Shown here: positions 35,950 to 46,600 of the stretch, in pieces
How positions within the stretch are numbered: position 1 is the stretch's first letter
How the letters are laid out: every line of letters starts with the position of its first letter
DNA from: a virus
Virus record (IMG/VR): IMGVR_UViG_3300033997_000141
Coordinates: 1-64,000 of that record
Reading direction: 5' to 3' (one strand)
DNA length: 64,000 bases
Program-made: the position numbers and the translations under genes
The notes under the pieces: model-generated
What the model saw: the letters and a program-made list of their open reading frames with translations, nothing else
What the model was told of the DNA's origin: nothing
Databases searched by the model: none

Positions 35950-36204
35950 TCAGGCGTGTGTCCACTCGAAGCGGCCATACAGCAGGCTGCCGTCCGGCTC
36001 CTTATACATCATCTCGTCTTCCCGCGACTCGATGTGCTTGATGCGCTTGACGTGCACCTGCTCAGGGATGGTCAGGTGCAGGTGCTCCAGCTTGCCTTCC
36101 GGGCTGACTCGGCGGTACTGGCCAACCAGCTTGATCACCAGCGGGCTGCCGACAGGCGCCAGGTGGCAGGCGGGGTTGAAGTGGTCGTACTCGTTCAAGG
36201 TCAC
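35950..36204 (-). CDS. hypothetical protein
   Basis: Coupled to the SbcC stop; AGGAG SD. Confidence 0.75.
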   Translation of the reverse strand: MTLNEYDHFNPACHLAPVGSPLVIKLVGQYRRVSPEGKLEHLHLTIPEQVHVKRIKHIESREDEMMYKEPDGSLLYGRFEWTHA

Positions 36205-38447
36205 ACTCCTACGTTGATGATGTGCTCCGCCAGCGCCTGATCATTCTCGCGGTGAGTGATCAGCAGCACCTGCTTCGCCGACGACGCCAGCATAGCAGCC
36301 ATCCCGCTGGCGTTGCGCTCGTTGCACGACTCGGTGGGTTCGTCGAAGGAGAGCAGACTGTCGCTGCCGTACAGCGCGCGGGACAGCCCGATCCTCAGCG
36401 AGGTACCGATGAAGGCTCGCTGCGCACCAGAGGCGCTGCTGGTGGGCGCCAGCACACCGTCCTCCTCGAACTGGAAGTCGCCCTCCACGTTCTCCAGGCG
36501 GGTGATGGTGCCGGCCGAGGCATCGCTCACCAGGCGGCTGGAGATGGCCAGGATGCTGTCCCAGACCTGCTTCATGTAGCCCTGGCGGCCATCGCGCAGG
36601 AAGCGGACCAGGCGCTCGCACTTCTTGGCCTCGGCTTCCGCCTCGAGCGCCGCCTTGTCCTGCTCCACCAAGGCGTCAACCGCCGACTTGGCGATATCCA
36701 CCAAGTTGGACTGGTGGTGCAGCTCGGTGCGGGCGGCGGATTCGCAGGTGCTCAGCTCCGAGTGGCGATCGCGCCACTGCTGGTGCGCAGCCAGGTAACC
36801 CTGGTAGGCCTGCTCGGCGGCTTCGATTTCTTCGTCGGTGGGTGGCTCCGGCAGCTCTGCGTACTGCTCGTCCAGCTCCTTGACCTTGGCCTTTGCCTCG
36901 TCCAGTTGCTTGGTGGCGCGGGAGAGAGCTGCCATGTCGGCGTCGATGCGCTGGTTGTGCGCCTGCACCGACTTCAGTTCCTCCTGGATGGCGGCGTACT
37001 CCTCGCGCGCTTGCTGCTGGGTGCCCTCGGCGTCGTTGATCTGCGAGTCGTCCACCTTGGTGAGGTTGTCCAGATTGGCCTGGGCCACACCGAGCTTGCG
37101 CTCGGCCTCGCCAACGGCATCCAGGGAGGCCTGGGCCTTCGCATCCTGATCTTCCAGGGACTTCAGCTCTGCACGGGCGAATACCTCGGCCCGTGAGGCG
37201 TTGCTGGCCACCTTGCGCACTTCAGTCAGCTGGCCGGTGATATCCTCCAGCTCCTTGCGCAGCTGTTCTGGGTCGTGGTCTTCCTTTGCATGCCCACAGG
37301 TGGGGCACTTGGCCCCCGCGGCCAGCTGCTTGGTGTTGCGCTCACGCAGTTCCAGCTCGTTAAGCGTCTGGAGGGCCACGTTGCTGGCTTTCACCGCGGC
37401 TTCCAGCTTGTCTTCGGCCTCCTGCAGCAGACCTACAGCGCTCGGCTGCAATACCGCGTCCTCGGCCTGTTTCAGCTCAGCCTTGCGGGCGTCCACGGTG
37501 CGCAGGGCCAGCGCGTAATCCTGCTGATCGCGGCGCAGGGCTTCGAGCAGGGTCTTCGCGGCCACACCCTTGTCGTAGGCGATCTTCTGCTTGGCCTGCA
37601 GCTCCTCCGGGTCCTTCTTGGCCTGGCCCTCCACGCGCGCCTGAGCCTCCGCTACGGCTGCTTCGGCTGTCGGCACCGCGGCCTCTGCACCTTCCAGCAC
37701 AGCCAGAAGGACTGCGGCCGCCTGGGCGTCCTTGCGCATCTCCGGCGCCCGGTTGGCTACGACCTCACCGGCGAACTCGCCGAAGGCCTCCAGCTCCTCC
37801 TGCGCGGCCGTGTGGGCGGCGTTGGCAGCGTTCCAGGCGCCCGTGGCGGCCTCGTGGTTCTCACGGGCGGTGGCCAGCTGTTCCGGCAGCGGGCGATTCT
37901 CGGCGCGGGCGTTCAGGCGGCTGGCGCGCAGCTGCGCAGCCTGCTGCACACGCTCGATCACATCGACCCCTGCGTGCTCCTCGACCTTGCGGTTGAGCGC
38001 GGTGGCGCCGAAGGTCAGGATGCCGGCCGATTCGCCCTGGCGCGACTGGATGAACAGGTTGTAGTCCTTCGAGGGCAGGCCCAGCAGCTCCTCGATGGCG
38101 GTCTTCACCGGCGTGGTGCCGTTGGCCACCAAGTCGTCGGCCGGCTCGCCCGCTGCCAGTATGCGCTTCAGCTTGGCCGTGGACTTGTCGCGGGCCACCT
38201 GGTAGGTGTTGCCGTCCAGGCCTTTGAAGCACAGGTCCAGGCCGAAGTTCTTCTGTCCCCAAGTGGGGATGTGCTCGGCCTTGCCCGGGACAACGCTCAC
38301 ACCGAACAGCGCGGCTTCGATGGCTTGCAGCAGCGTGGATTTACCGGCGAAGTTCTCGCCCGCGATCACGTTCAGGCCTGGGCCGAACGCGCACTCGAAG
38401 TCACCGAGTTTCTTGAAGTTTTTGGTCTTGAGGGAGATCAGTTGCAT
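36201..38447 (-). CDS. SbcC/Rad50-like SMC ATPase
   Basis: GENFAGKST Walker A, CPTCG zinc hook, ASGAQ signature, FDEPT Walker B, ITH. Confidence 0.93.
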   Translation of the reverse strand: MQLISLKTKNFKKLGDFECAFGPGLNVIAGENFAGKSTLLQAIEAALFGVSVVPGKAEHIPTWGQKNFGLDLCFKGLDGNTYQVARDKSTAKLKRILAAGEPADDLVANGTTPVKTAIEELLGLPSKDYNLFIQSRQGESAGILTFGATALNRKVEEHAGVDVIERVQQAAQLRASRLNARAENRPLPEQLATARENHEAATGAWNAANAAHTAAQEELEAFGEFAGEVVANRAPEMRKDAQAAAVLLAVLEGAEAAVPTAEAAVAEAQARVEGQAKKDPEELQAKQKIAYDKGVAAKTLLEALRRDQQDYALALRTVDARKAELKQAEDAVLQPSAVGLLQEAEDKLEAAVKASNVALQTLNELELRERNTKQLAAGAKCPTCGHAKEDHDPEQLRKELEDITGQLTEVRKVASNASRAEVFARAELKSLEDQDAKAQASLDAVGEAERKLGVAQANLDNLTKVDDSQINDAEGTQQQAREEYAAIQEELKSVQAHNQRIDADMAALSRATKQLDEAKAKVKELDEQYAELPEPPTDEEIEAAEQAYQGYLAAHQQWRDRHSELSTCESAARTELHHQSNLVDIAKSAVDALVEQDKAALEAEAEAKKCERLVRFLRDGRQGYMKQVWDSILAISSRLVSDASAGTITRLENVEGDFQFEEDGVLAPTSSASGAQRAFIGTSLRIGLSRALYGSDSLLSFDEPTESCNERNASGMAAMLASSAKQVLLITHRENDQALAEHIINVGV

Positions 38448-38677
38448 GTCGCGCTCCAGGTAAGTTTTTCACCAGTCAGAAGGGCCGCGCCCTGCTTGGC
38501 GCCACGCAGGGATTTGTAGGCTCGTGGCAACTCCATGTACTGTTTACCCCCGCAGCGGTCAGAGCCGCTGTCGAGGTAATGGCGCTGCGGATTGTCGTCA
38601 TAGCGGTAGATGTACAAATCGTTACCGTGAGCGTCTTTGGCCTTGGCTACTTGAATCTCTTTAGGGTATGTAGCCAT
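38438..38677 (-). CDS. hypothetical protein
   Basis: ORF with AAGGAG SD; lower GC. Confidence 0.7.
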   Translation of the reverse strand: MATYPKEIQVAKAKDAHGNDLYIYRYDDNPQRHYLDSGSDRCGGKQYMELPRAYKSLRGAKQGAALLTGEKLTWSATCN

Positions 38678-38867
38678 TTCGTGCTCCTTTGATCACGAGG
38701 CGAATAGTCACGGCCAGCAGCGTGGGCTGCGGCCGCCAGTGAGGCTGAGAAATCATTAGGTCAATGGCTGCCTGGCGCTCAGCCTCGATCATGCGTGCCA
38801 GGGTCTTGCCCTGGCGCCGGGCTGACAACATGAAGTGGCGCGGCGGCCAATCGGCTACGTTGCTCAT
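38661..38867 (-). CDS. hypothetical protein
   Basis: ATGA coupling to SbcD. Confidence 0.6.
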   Translation of the reverse strand: MSNVADWPPRHFMLSARRQGKTLARMIEAERQAAIDLMISQPHWRPQPTLLAVTIRLVIKGARNGYIP

Positions 38868-39946
38868 CCCTTCGCTTCCAGCAGTAGCTCCTCGAAGATC
38901 GGCAGCAGGTCACTGCCGGCCAGGTCCTTGCGCAAGGCCGTTTCCAGGTCGTCCAGCTGCACCTGCTCGAGGCTGGTGTCCACATCGGCCAGGGAGTCCT
39001 TCAGCGCGACCTTGTTGCGCACCGCCAGCAAGCTGTTATCCATGCTTTCTGGGCCCGTCACGCAATCCCCGGCCTTCCACACTTCGGCCATGAACTGCGA
39101 CACTTCGTGGGCGTTGGCCGCCGTGTCCTGGCCGACCACATCCACGAACTGGACGCCAAGCAGGTCAGGAATCTCCTCGCCCAGCTTGACCTCGCGGTAC
39201 CGCGACTTCTCGGACCAGATCAGCTCCTTCTCGTACTCAGCGGTTTCGAGGTCGAGGTGGTAGATGTACTTGTCGCCGACGTCGTGGAAGCTGGTGGGGT
39301 GGGTGTTGCCCATGACCACCACCCGCCCGTCCAAGTGCGTGGAGCCGTTGTGCTCATGGCCGATGAAGATCAGGTCGAAGCTCTCAAGCAGCTGCTCGGC
39401 GAACTCGGCCGGCAGGTTGAGGGTGTTGTCGGTGATCGCCAGCGGGAAGTCGTAGTTGCAGTGCAGCATCAGGACGCTGGCCATGCCGTCGCGATGCACC
39501 GCGGCGTGGTTGGCTGCGTCCTGGCACGCGGCCAGGAACAGCTCCTGGCTGGCGTGGTGCGGGACCATGTAGACGCCGGCCAGCTGGGTGCCGTCGAAGT
39601 GCTCGAAGTACGGGTTGGACAGATCCGGTGCGCGGCAGATCGGCGCACCGGCCTCCTCGACCAGCTGCAAGGACGTGATCGTGCCCTCCCGATTGGTCTC
39701 GTCGTGGTTGCCCGACAGGGTCATCCGGCAGCCACTGGCCACCTTGATGCCCTGGGCGATGATGCGCTCCTGGTTGAACGCCTTGTCGAATAGGTCGCCC
39801 AGGCAGAACACAGGGTGCTTGGCGCGCTGCACGACGCCCATGGCCTGCTCATAGAGCTGGTCCTGCAGCCGCTGCGCCGACGTGCGCGTGGTGTGCGCCT
39901 GGCGGTTGACCCCCAGGTGGGGGTCGGTTATCAGGGTGATTTTCAT
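38864..39946 (-). CDS. SbcD/Mre11-like metallophosphoesterase nuclease
   Basis: TDPHLG, GDLFD, GNHD, GHEH. Confidence 0.93.
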   Translation of the reverse strand: MKITLITDPHLGVNRQAHTTRTSAQRLQDQLYEQAMGVVQRAKHPVFCLGDLFDKAFNQERIIAQGIKVASGCRMTLSGNHDETNREGTITSLQLVEEAGAPICRAPDLSNPYFEHFDGTQLAGVYMVPHHASQELFLAACQDAANHAAVHRDGMASVLMLHCNYDFPLAITDNTLNLPAEFAEQLLESFDLIFIGHEHNGSTHLDGRVVVMGNTHPTSFHDVGDKYIYHLDLETAEYEKELIWSEKSRYREVKLGEEIPDLLGVQFVDVVGQDTAANAHEVSQFMAEVWKAGDCVTGPESMDNSLLAVRNKVALKDSLADVDTSLEQVQLDDLETALRKDLAGSDLLPIFEELLLEAKG

Positions 39947-40059
39947 CCAATCAGGCTCCAGATTTTGTTCAACAGCGCCGCCGCGATGGGCAGTGCCGCG
40001 ATCACGAGGATAGTGGCGAGCAGCGCCACCGCCAGACGTTTGCGAGTTTCCTTTGACAT
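39943..40059 (-). CDS. small membrane protein, 38 aa
   Basis: MSKETRKRLAVALLATILVIAALPIAAALL; GGAGG SD; coupled to SbcD. Confidence 0.6.
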   Translation of the reverse strand: MSKETRKRLAVALLATILVIAALPIAAALLNKIWSLIG

Positions 40060-40103
40060 AGCCTTCCCTCCTGGGAACGTGTTGGCAGCAACGCTGCCGG
40101 GGG

Positions 40104-40247
40104 TTACATGAACAGCAATTTGATGTCGTACATCTGGTTGAGGATCAGAACGGCGCCATAAGCGCCGAGTGCGAAGCCCATGCCGCGCAGGTACCACACG
40201 GCGAGGACCCCAGAGGCGAAAACGAACGCTTCTTTGAGCCCGCGCAT
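40104..40247 (-). CDS. small membrane protein, 47 aa (below the ORF-track cutoff)
   Basis: MRGLKEAFVFASGVLAVWYLRGMGFALGAYGAVLILNQMYDIKLLFM; TGATG coupling to the ligase. Confidence 0.6.
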   Translation of the reverse strand: MRGLKEAFVFASGVLAVWYLRGMGFALGAYGAVLILNQMYDIKLLFM

Positions 40248-41404
40248 CACAGGTCTTCCTTCCAGCACTTCGCCGTGGCGATGTTCGGGACACCGTCAGG
40301 GGTGAAGCCCATGTGCTTGATAGTCAACAACTTGTTGTCCAGGTACGACTCGATGTTCAGGCCCTGGGCGTGCTTCTCAGAGTGAGTACCTGGTGCCGTT
40401 ACCTTGCCGGTGATATCGGTGCCGGGCACCCGATAGACCAGCACAGGGTTCAAATATTCGCCGCCTTCGGGGCAGCTGTTGGGCGTGCCCCACTCGAAGC
40501 TGAACACCTCGACCTCCATGTCGGTGAACGGCTTCCACTTCACCAGCTGCGCCGGCCGGGCGTCGTCCTCGTAGCCTTCGCCGCTGATCCGCAGGATGCT
40601 GCCCTCGAATCCGTTGGCCAGGTTTTCGGCGTTGATCCGTTCGGCATCCTCGAAGGAGAACACCTGCACCGTCGGCACCAGCACGATGCGCTCGTCACGC
40701 AGGCCCTCACTGGACTCGAACACTTCCTTGAGCGTCTGGTACCGCTCGGCGAATGGCCGGTCGTCCATGATGTCGTAGATGTGGTATTCCAGCTTCAAGG
40801 AGTCCTCGCGGTACTTCTTGATCAGGCTGCCGATCGCCTGCAGCGTCATGCCATGGACGTACAGCTCGCCGTCCAGGTGCAGGCCTTCGAACCACGGGGC
40901 GTCCTTCAGGTCGGCCTCGAGGTGCGGCAGGTCCTGGTGCTTGCCCGGGCGGCTGTACTGGACACCCTCATGGCGCATGCTGCGGTGGCCGTCGAGCTTC
41001 GGCTGCATGAAGACGCGGCCAGAACCCCAGGGGATGGTCGCCGGGTCGATGTCCTCAAAGGGGCACGCCAGCATCGGCAGCTTCTTGCCCAGGGCGTTGC
41101 GCACCGGCTTGCGGGCTTCTTCGCGGGTGTCCACGTAGCCCTTGTCGCGCTGCTTCAGCACCCGCGACTTGGCTTCGGCGACAGCCTGCTCGTGCGGGCT
41201 GGTCTCGTTAGCCTTGCCGATGTTCTTGCCCTTCACCGGGGTCAGCTTGACCACGGCCTTGCCGCCCACCTTGGTGGTGTGGCTGATGATCAGGTACGCA
41301 GAAGAAGCGCTGTAATCCTCGGCGCGCCACGGGCCGTCCTGCACGGCCTTGATGGTCCAGTCGCCTTCACCCTTGAATAGGGTCTGTTCAAACGAAATGT
41401 TCAT
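40247..41404 (-). CDS. ATP-dependent DNA ligase
   Basis: QPKLDG, LDGELY, YHIYD, EGSILR, KWK. Confidence 0.93.
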   Translation of the reverse strand: MNISFEQTLFKGEGDWTIKAVQDGPWRAEDYSASSAYLIISHTTKVGGKAVVKLTPVKGKNIGKANETSPHEQAVAEAKSRVLKQRDKGYVDTREEARKPVRNALGKKLPMLACPFEDIDPATIPWGSGRVFMQPKLDGHRSMRHEGVQYSRPGKHQDLPHLEADLKDAPWFEGLHLDGELYVHGMTLQAIGSLIKKYREDSLKLEYHIYDIMDDRPFAERYQTLKEVFESSEGLRDERIVLVPTVQVFSFEDAERINAENLANGFEGSILRISGEGYEDDARPAQLVKWKPFTDMEVEVFSFEWGTPNSCPEGGEYLNPVLVYRVPGTDITGKVTAPGTHSEKHAQGLNIESYLDNKLLTIKHMGFTPDGVPNIATAKCWKEDL

Positions 41405-41426
41405 GAGTCGTCCTTTTGTGCGCTGA

Positions 41427-41945
41427 TTAACGTACTTTTTGCAGTGTAACGGCTGCGGGAGGGATCTGGAAGTGCCTCACCAGGTGATCGGCTACGACCT
41501 CATGCCGCAGGCGGTTCACCGTTCCGCAGCCTTCCCACTCCGCGAGGATGTGGTCTTTGCTGATCCGGCCGTCCCCATGGATGGCGATGCCGTCCCACAG
41601 CTGGATCACCCCATGCTGCGTGTCCCAGAACAGGATGTAGTAGGGGATGCCCAGCAAATAGCGGTACCAGCTGATAGCACCACGCTGCCCCGGGCGCACC
41701 ATGGCTTTGCCCAGGGTGTGATGCACTTCACTGGCTTTCACCTCCACGAAGGCCAACAGCTGATCAGCCCGCAGCTGGCTGCCCGGCGGGAAACCCACCA
41801 GGTAGTCAGCTGGCTGCTCGGCGACCACGCTGCCAGCGGCCCCGGAATCCGAGAACCGCTGGCAGCCAACCAAGTGGCTGGTCTTCAGCTGCTTGAACAC
41901 CTTCTGGATCTCGTTTTCGAAGACCTTTCCGATGTCAGCAGCCAT
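41427..41945 (-). CDS. Holliday junction resolvase (RecU-like PD-(D/E)xK)
   Basis: GKVFE..PADY..VEVK..Q. Confidence 0.7.
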   Translation of the reverse strand: MAADIGKVFENEIQKVFKQLKTSHLVGCQRFSDSGAAGSVVAEQPADYLVGFPPGSQLRADQLLAFVEVKASEVHHTLGKAMVRPGQRGAISWYRYLLGIPYYILFWDTQHGVIQLWDGIAIHGDGRISKDHILAEWEGCGTVNRLRHEVVADHLVRHFQIPPAAVTLQKVR

Positions 41946-41947
41946 TG

Positions 41948-42577
41948 CTAGATCCTGTACTCGTGGGCGATGCCCGCGGCCGGTCGGCTGCGGGACGGGT
42001 TCTTGATCAGCGCGACCAGGTAGTCGATGGCTTCGCTGTAGGCCGCCAGAGTGGAGTTGTTCTCCACCACCAAGTCACCGTGGATCTTGGTCAGCCCGGC
42101 CTCGCTGGCGTGGCCGGCAACCCCCACCTGCTCGGTGTCGTCTCGCTCAACGTGGACGATGATGCCGCCCTCGCTGCGGATCCACTCCGCCTCGTTGTCG
42201 AAGCGGACGTCGCTGATGACCATACCGCTGAAGTTCATGGGCTCACCCGATGCCTGCCCAGCGAGCCAGTCGCTTGGATGCTTGGCCTGCGTGATCCACT
42301 CCCACTTGGCCTTGGCCACACGAGTCCAGAGGTCAGGCTGGATCGCGCGGCCCCATTCGGTGCCCAGGGTCTGCATCAGCTTGCGGTAGCTGACCCCGGA
42401 GATGGGGTCGATGCGCTCCCGGTCGCCAATCACAAAGTTGTTACCGAAGACCTGCTCCAGCATGCGTTTGATTGGGTCGGCGAAGGCGTGTCGGTAGAGC
42501 CCCAGCTCAGTGGCCAGCACCGCTGCCGCCGTGTCCTTGCCGCTGCGAGCCACGCCCGCCAGGCCGATCAGGATCAT
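41948..42577 (-). CDS. deoxynucleoside monophosphate kinase
   Basis: GVARSGKDT, FADPIK, LMQTLGTEWGR, SDVRFDNE, HASE. Confidence 0.93.
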   Translation of the reverse strand: MILIGLAGVARSGKDTAAAVLATELGLYRHAFADPIKRMLEQVFGNNFVIGDRERIDPISGVSYRKLMQTLGTEWGRAIQPDLWTRVAKAKWEWITQAKHPSDWLAGQASGEPMNFSGMVISDVRFDNEAEWIRSEGGIIVHVERDDTEQVGVAGHASEAGLTKIHGDLVVENNSTLAAYSEAIDYLVALIKNPSRSRPAAGIAHEYRI

Positions 42578-43356
42578 ACGGCGTCCTCCGGCTTGATCAG
42601 GCCCAGCTGCAGGCGGATGGCCTGGTCAAGCTCGAAACTGATGGTCATCTCGCACTTTTCGCTGATGATCCAGCGCAGGTAGTCGTCCGGGATGTGCCGG
42701 ATCTTCTTGCCCTTGTGCTTGGTGCCCCAGGACAGCTTCATGTCAGGGGTGCCGTCGTCACCCTGCATCCACTTGTGCAGCTGGTCCAGGCTGGTGCAGT
42801 CTGCCAAGCCCTTCTCGTTCACCAGGCGCATCATCGGCGCGATCATGTCCAGGGTGCCGATCACGTCCGCCAGCGCGTCGTGCGCCTTGGCCAGCGGCTT
42901 GCCCAGCAGGCGTTCGTAGGAGTAGCCCAGATTGGCTGCCTCCCACAGGCCGGCCTTCTTGATCTTCGAGGCGCCCTTATACAGGTCCACCGAGCGATTC
43001 GGCTTCCAGCCCGCGCGGATGGCGATCTGATTGTCGAAACAGGCGCCGTTGAAACTGACCACAGCCTGGTAGTCGTGCTCGTTGATGGTCTTCATCTCGC
43101 TGCGCAGGAACGGCAGCCAGTCCGGCTTGCCCATCACGTCGAGGTCGGTGTAGCCGTGGATCGCCGAGGCCTCGGCTTCGATCGGCACGCCGGGGTTCAG
43201 CAGGTTCACGTCCTGGTCCAGGATCTCGTAGCTGCCGTCCTGGTGCAGGGTGGCCATCAGCAGCGCCGACTGGATCACGCCCAGCTCCTGCACCTTCAAG
43301 CCGGTGGTTTCGTAGTCATGGCCGAAGACCACGATCGATTGTTGGTTGAAGCTCAT
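42574..43356 (-). CDS. DEDDh 3'-5' exonuclease (ExoX/DnaQ-like)
   Basis: DYETTG, FNGACFD, AHDALAD; C-terminal KHKGK..IPDDYLRW. Confidence 0.9.
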   Translation of the reverse strand: MSFNQQSIVVFGHDYETTGLKVQELGVIQSALLMATLHQDGSYEILDQDVNLLNPGVPIEAEASAIHGYTDLDVMGKPDWLPFLRSEMKTINEHDYQAVVSFNGACFDNQIAIRAGWKPNRSVDLYKGASKIKKAGLWEAANLGYSYERLLGKPLAKAHDALADVIGTLDMIAPMMRLVNEKGLADCTSLDQLHKWMQGDDGTPDMKLSWGTKHKGKKIRHIPDDYLRWIISEKCEMTISFELDQAIRLQLGLIKPEDAV

Positions 43357-43682
43357 GCACGTCTCCTTTTGGGCTTAATGCCCGTCTTGGTGGGTCGTCC
43401 TGCTGCGCGGTCATCCGCCCCGCGCTTGGTGAAATAGCGGATGTACAGCTGCGGGTACTCATCCCGCAGTGTCTGGGCCATCTTGTCCTTGCACGACACT
43501 TCGTGGCGCAGAGCCTTAATCTCGCCGCGCAGGTGCTCAATCACTTGCTCCTGCGCTTTGATGTGGGTGCAGGCCTCCTCATAGACTTGGCCAAGGGGTT
43601 TACCATCCTCCAGGTAGATTTCCAGGTGGCCGTTCTGGCCACCTTGGAAACGCTGAAGCCAATCAAGCAGCTTCTGCTTCAA
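43353..43682 (-). CDS. hypothetical protein
   Basis: TTG start at 43682 with GAGGAGG SD, overlapping the PolA 3' end. Confidence 0.6.
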   Translation of the reverse strand: MKQKLLDWLQRFQGGQNGHLEIYLEDGKPLGQVYEEACTHIKAQEQVIEHLRGEIKALRHEVSCKDKMAQTLRDEYPQLYIRYFTKRGADDRAAGRPTKTGIKPKRRRA

Positions 43683-46600
43683 GTTCTTCCTCCTCAACCA
43701 TTTCAGCGTCTTCGTCGAAGGTGACCTTGGTGATCGGGTCGAACGGCTCGAGCATGTCCACCTCCCAGATTTCCCGCGCTTCCTCCAGCGATCTGGCGAC
43801 GAACTTGGCGACGTTCTCTGGGCTGATATCCCGGCCCAGCTCATGCACCCGGCCCCAGTCCGGCCCGATGGAATACTCGGGCACCTGGCGAACAACGTGC
43901 TGTGGCGGGGTCGAGTCGGCCATGTACTGGCCCATTTCGATGCAGTAGGCCAGCACGTCGTCCTTATGCACCCACGACACCACCTCGTCGTAGATCGGCG
44001 CGAAGAACTCCATGCGGATGCGATCCATCATGCCGCTCTCGGCCACCCAGGTCAGAACGCGGCGCAGCATGTCCGCTGCCGAGCCCTGGATACCGAAGTT
44101 GGCGCCCTGGCGGTGCTGGCGGGCAACCTTGCCGTTGTCCTTGTGGAAGATGTCGTCGGTGGCATGGCGCTTGGTGCCGAAGGCCGTCAGCGTGTACCCA
44201 TGGGTTTCCATGAACGCTGCCTGCTCCTTCTGCCAGGCCGGGATGCGGTTGTAGAGCTCCATCGCACCGTCCAGCAGCTCCTTCGCTTCCTCGATCGGGA
44301 TGATCAGGTTGCGAGACAGCGTAGCTGGGCCGGCACCGTAGGCCAGGCCGAAGTTCACCGGCTTGGAGGCCTTACGGATGGCCGACGCCAGAGGGTGCAG
44401 CGGGTGGTCTTCCTGCTTGCGCGCGGGGTTGAACTGCTCGAAGGTACCGAGAGCTGCGTGGTCTGCCGCTTCCTTGCCGGACAGCTTCTTGGCTTTGCTG
44501 GCCGCGATGCCGGAGCCGGTAACGGAGTGCAGGTCCTTCTCGCCGGCCGGGTTGTTGTAGGCGTCGATCATCACCGGGTCGTTCGCTTCGCACGCCAGCA
44601 GGCGCAGCTCCTGACCGTTGAAGTCGATCGCCACACAGACATAGTCCGGGTTCGGCGGGATGTAGACCGAGCGCAGGCCAACGCCACCCTTCGACACCGC
44701 GAGGATGTTGGTCGAGGTGGCCGTCGGCCGGCCGGTGTCGGTGCCGTAGTCGGTGAGGTACGGGTGGATCCGACCATCGACGTGGCGCCAGAGAGGGTAC
44801 TTGTCGTGGTAGAGGCTGCAGCGGGTGGTCGCCGACTTCACCTTCAGCAGGACCGCCAGCGCATCACGCTGCCATTCGTGCTTGATGTCGTTGGCCAGGG
44901 CCGTCTCGATGGCCTTTTCGTCCGTTGCCGGCCCGGCCACGGTGATGCCCAGGGCCAGGCGGCTCTTGCCCGCCTTCTTGCCGTAGAGTCGCACCTGGGC
45001 ACCGATCTTGCAGTACAGCAGGTGTTGCATCTGGACCGGGCTGCCCACGTTCAGCGCATCGCCGAACTCGACCTCGCGCGGCTCGATCTTGGCCAGTCGC
45101 TGCACCACCTCACCCAGCTTCTCGAACACCTTCTCGGCCGTGGCGAGGCGTTCCTGGTAGTGGTCCTTCGCGTTGTCGAAGCCGCCGTCCTCCGAAGCCT
45201 CGGCGTGCTTGCGCAGCTCGTTGATCTTCATGCACTCCGCGCCCATGGCCGTGCTGACCATCTCGATCAGCTCCACCTGGTCATCGGTCATGCCCCAGGA
45301 GTCGGAGAAGCCCTCGGCACCGACGCTAGCCAGGTACTCCTGCCAGGCCTTGTGGTTCAGCTTGGCCAGCTCGGGTAGACCCACGGCCTTGAGTGCTGCG
45401 CTGACCTGCTTCTCGGTGAAGGCGAACTTCGGCATCACCTTCTCGACGCGGTACGGCGTGTATTGGCAGGCTGCCTCGATCTTCTTGCGCCACTCCGCCA
45501 GCTTGGCCTGGCCTTCAGACCGCACCTGCTCGGCGTCGGCGCCGTTATCGGCAGCGCCTGCCTTGCGGGTGGCCGACTTCAGCACGTAGGTCTTCTCGGC
45601 CTCGATCAACGACTTGCAGCCTTCGGTGATGTTGCCGCTGACGTTGTCCTGAAGGATCTGGCGCAGCTCTGCCATGCCTTCCTCAATGGTCTTGAGGTCA
45701 GCGGCGTGCAGGCGCTTCTGGAGGGCCCAGTTGATGTTGCAGCCGTGGATGTAGGCACGCTGCAGCGGCTCGGTCGGGCGGATGGCCATGGCCTCGTACT
45801 GCAGCCACTGCTCGTCGAGAATCAGCATCAGCTGGAGCAGGTCGTACAGGTGGCCGGTGACCAGGGAGTCATCCGAGCCGTAGTTGAAGACCTCGTCGAG
45901 GGTCAGGTGGCACATCAGCTTGGCCGGCTCGCCATGATCTTCTGCCCAGGCCTGACCCGCTGCGATGGTGTCCTGGTAGGAGGTCTGCTTGAACGACAGG
46001 TACTCGCTCGACAGCTCCTTCAGGCCAGCACCCATGTTCTCGTTGTAGAAGCGCTGCATCACCCGGGTGTCGCGGCAGTTGGTCAGCCAGAAGCCCAGGT
46101 TGGTGCGGGTCACCGTGCCTTCGAAGTAGGCGTTGTGGGCCACGATCTGCGAGTGCTTCATGGCGTGCTGCAGGATCTCGGCGATCACTTCCTTCGGCAG
46201 GTTCGCCGAGCGGTGGTGGTCAACCGGGATGTAGATCACGTTTTCCAGGTGCTTGCCGAACTGGAACGAAGCGCCGGCCAGGACCTGGCTGAGGTTATCG
46301 ACGAAGCTGTTGCCGCGCGGCGAGGCCCGGCGGAAGTTGGCGATCTGGGTCTTGTCGGACGACTCATAGTCGAAGGCCACCAGCGGGCTTTCGGCGATGG
46401 ACGCCAGGATGCCCTCACGCATTTCCTCCCAGTTCTCGGTGGTGACCGCGAACGGCGCGGGGAAGAACTCATCCAGACCGTCGGCCCACATGTCCTCGCA
46501 GCCCACGGCGGCCAGGTACTCGTAGGTCTTCTGCGGGTGAGGTACGCGCTTGACGAAGATCGGCTTGATCAGCTTGCGCTTACGGGGCTTCCAGCACAGC

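Noticed and set aside
38661-38867. ARRQGKT as a Walker A / terminase fragment
   Set aside because: 68-aa ORF with no other ATPase motifs; cannot be supported.
43683-43895. Upstream extension of ORF 43353..43895
   Set aside because: Overlaps PolA motif C region; TTG at 43682 with a strong SD is the better start.
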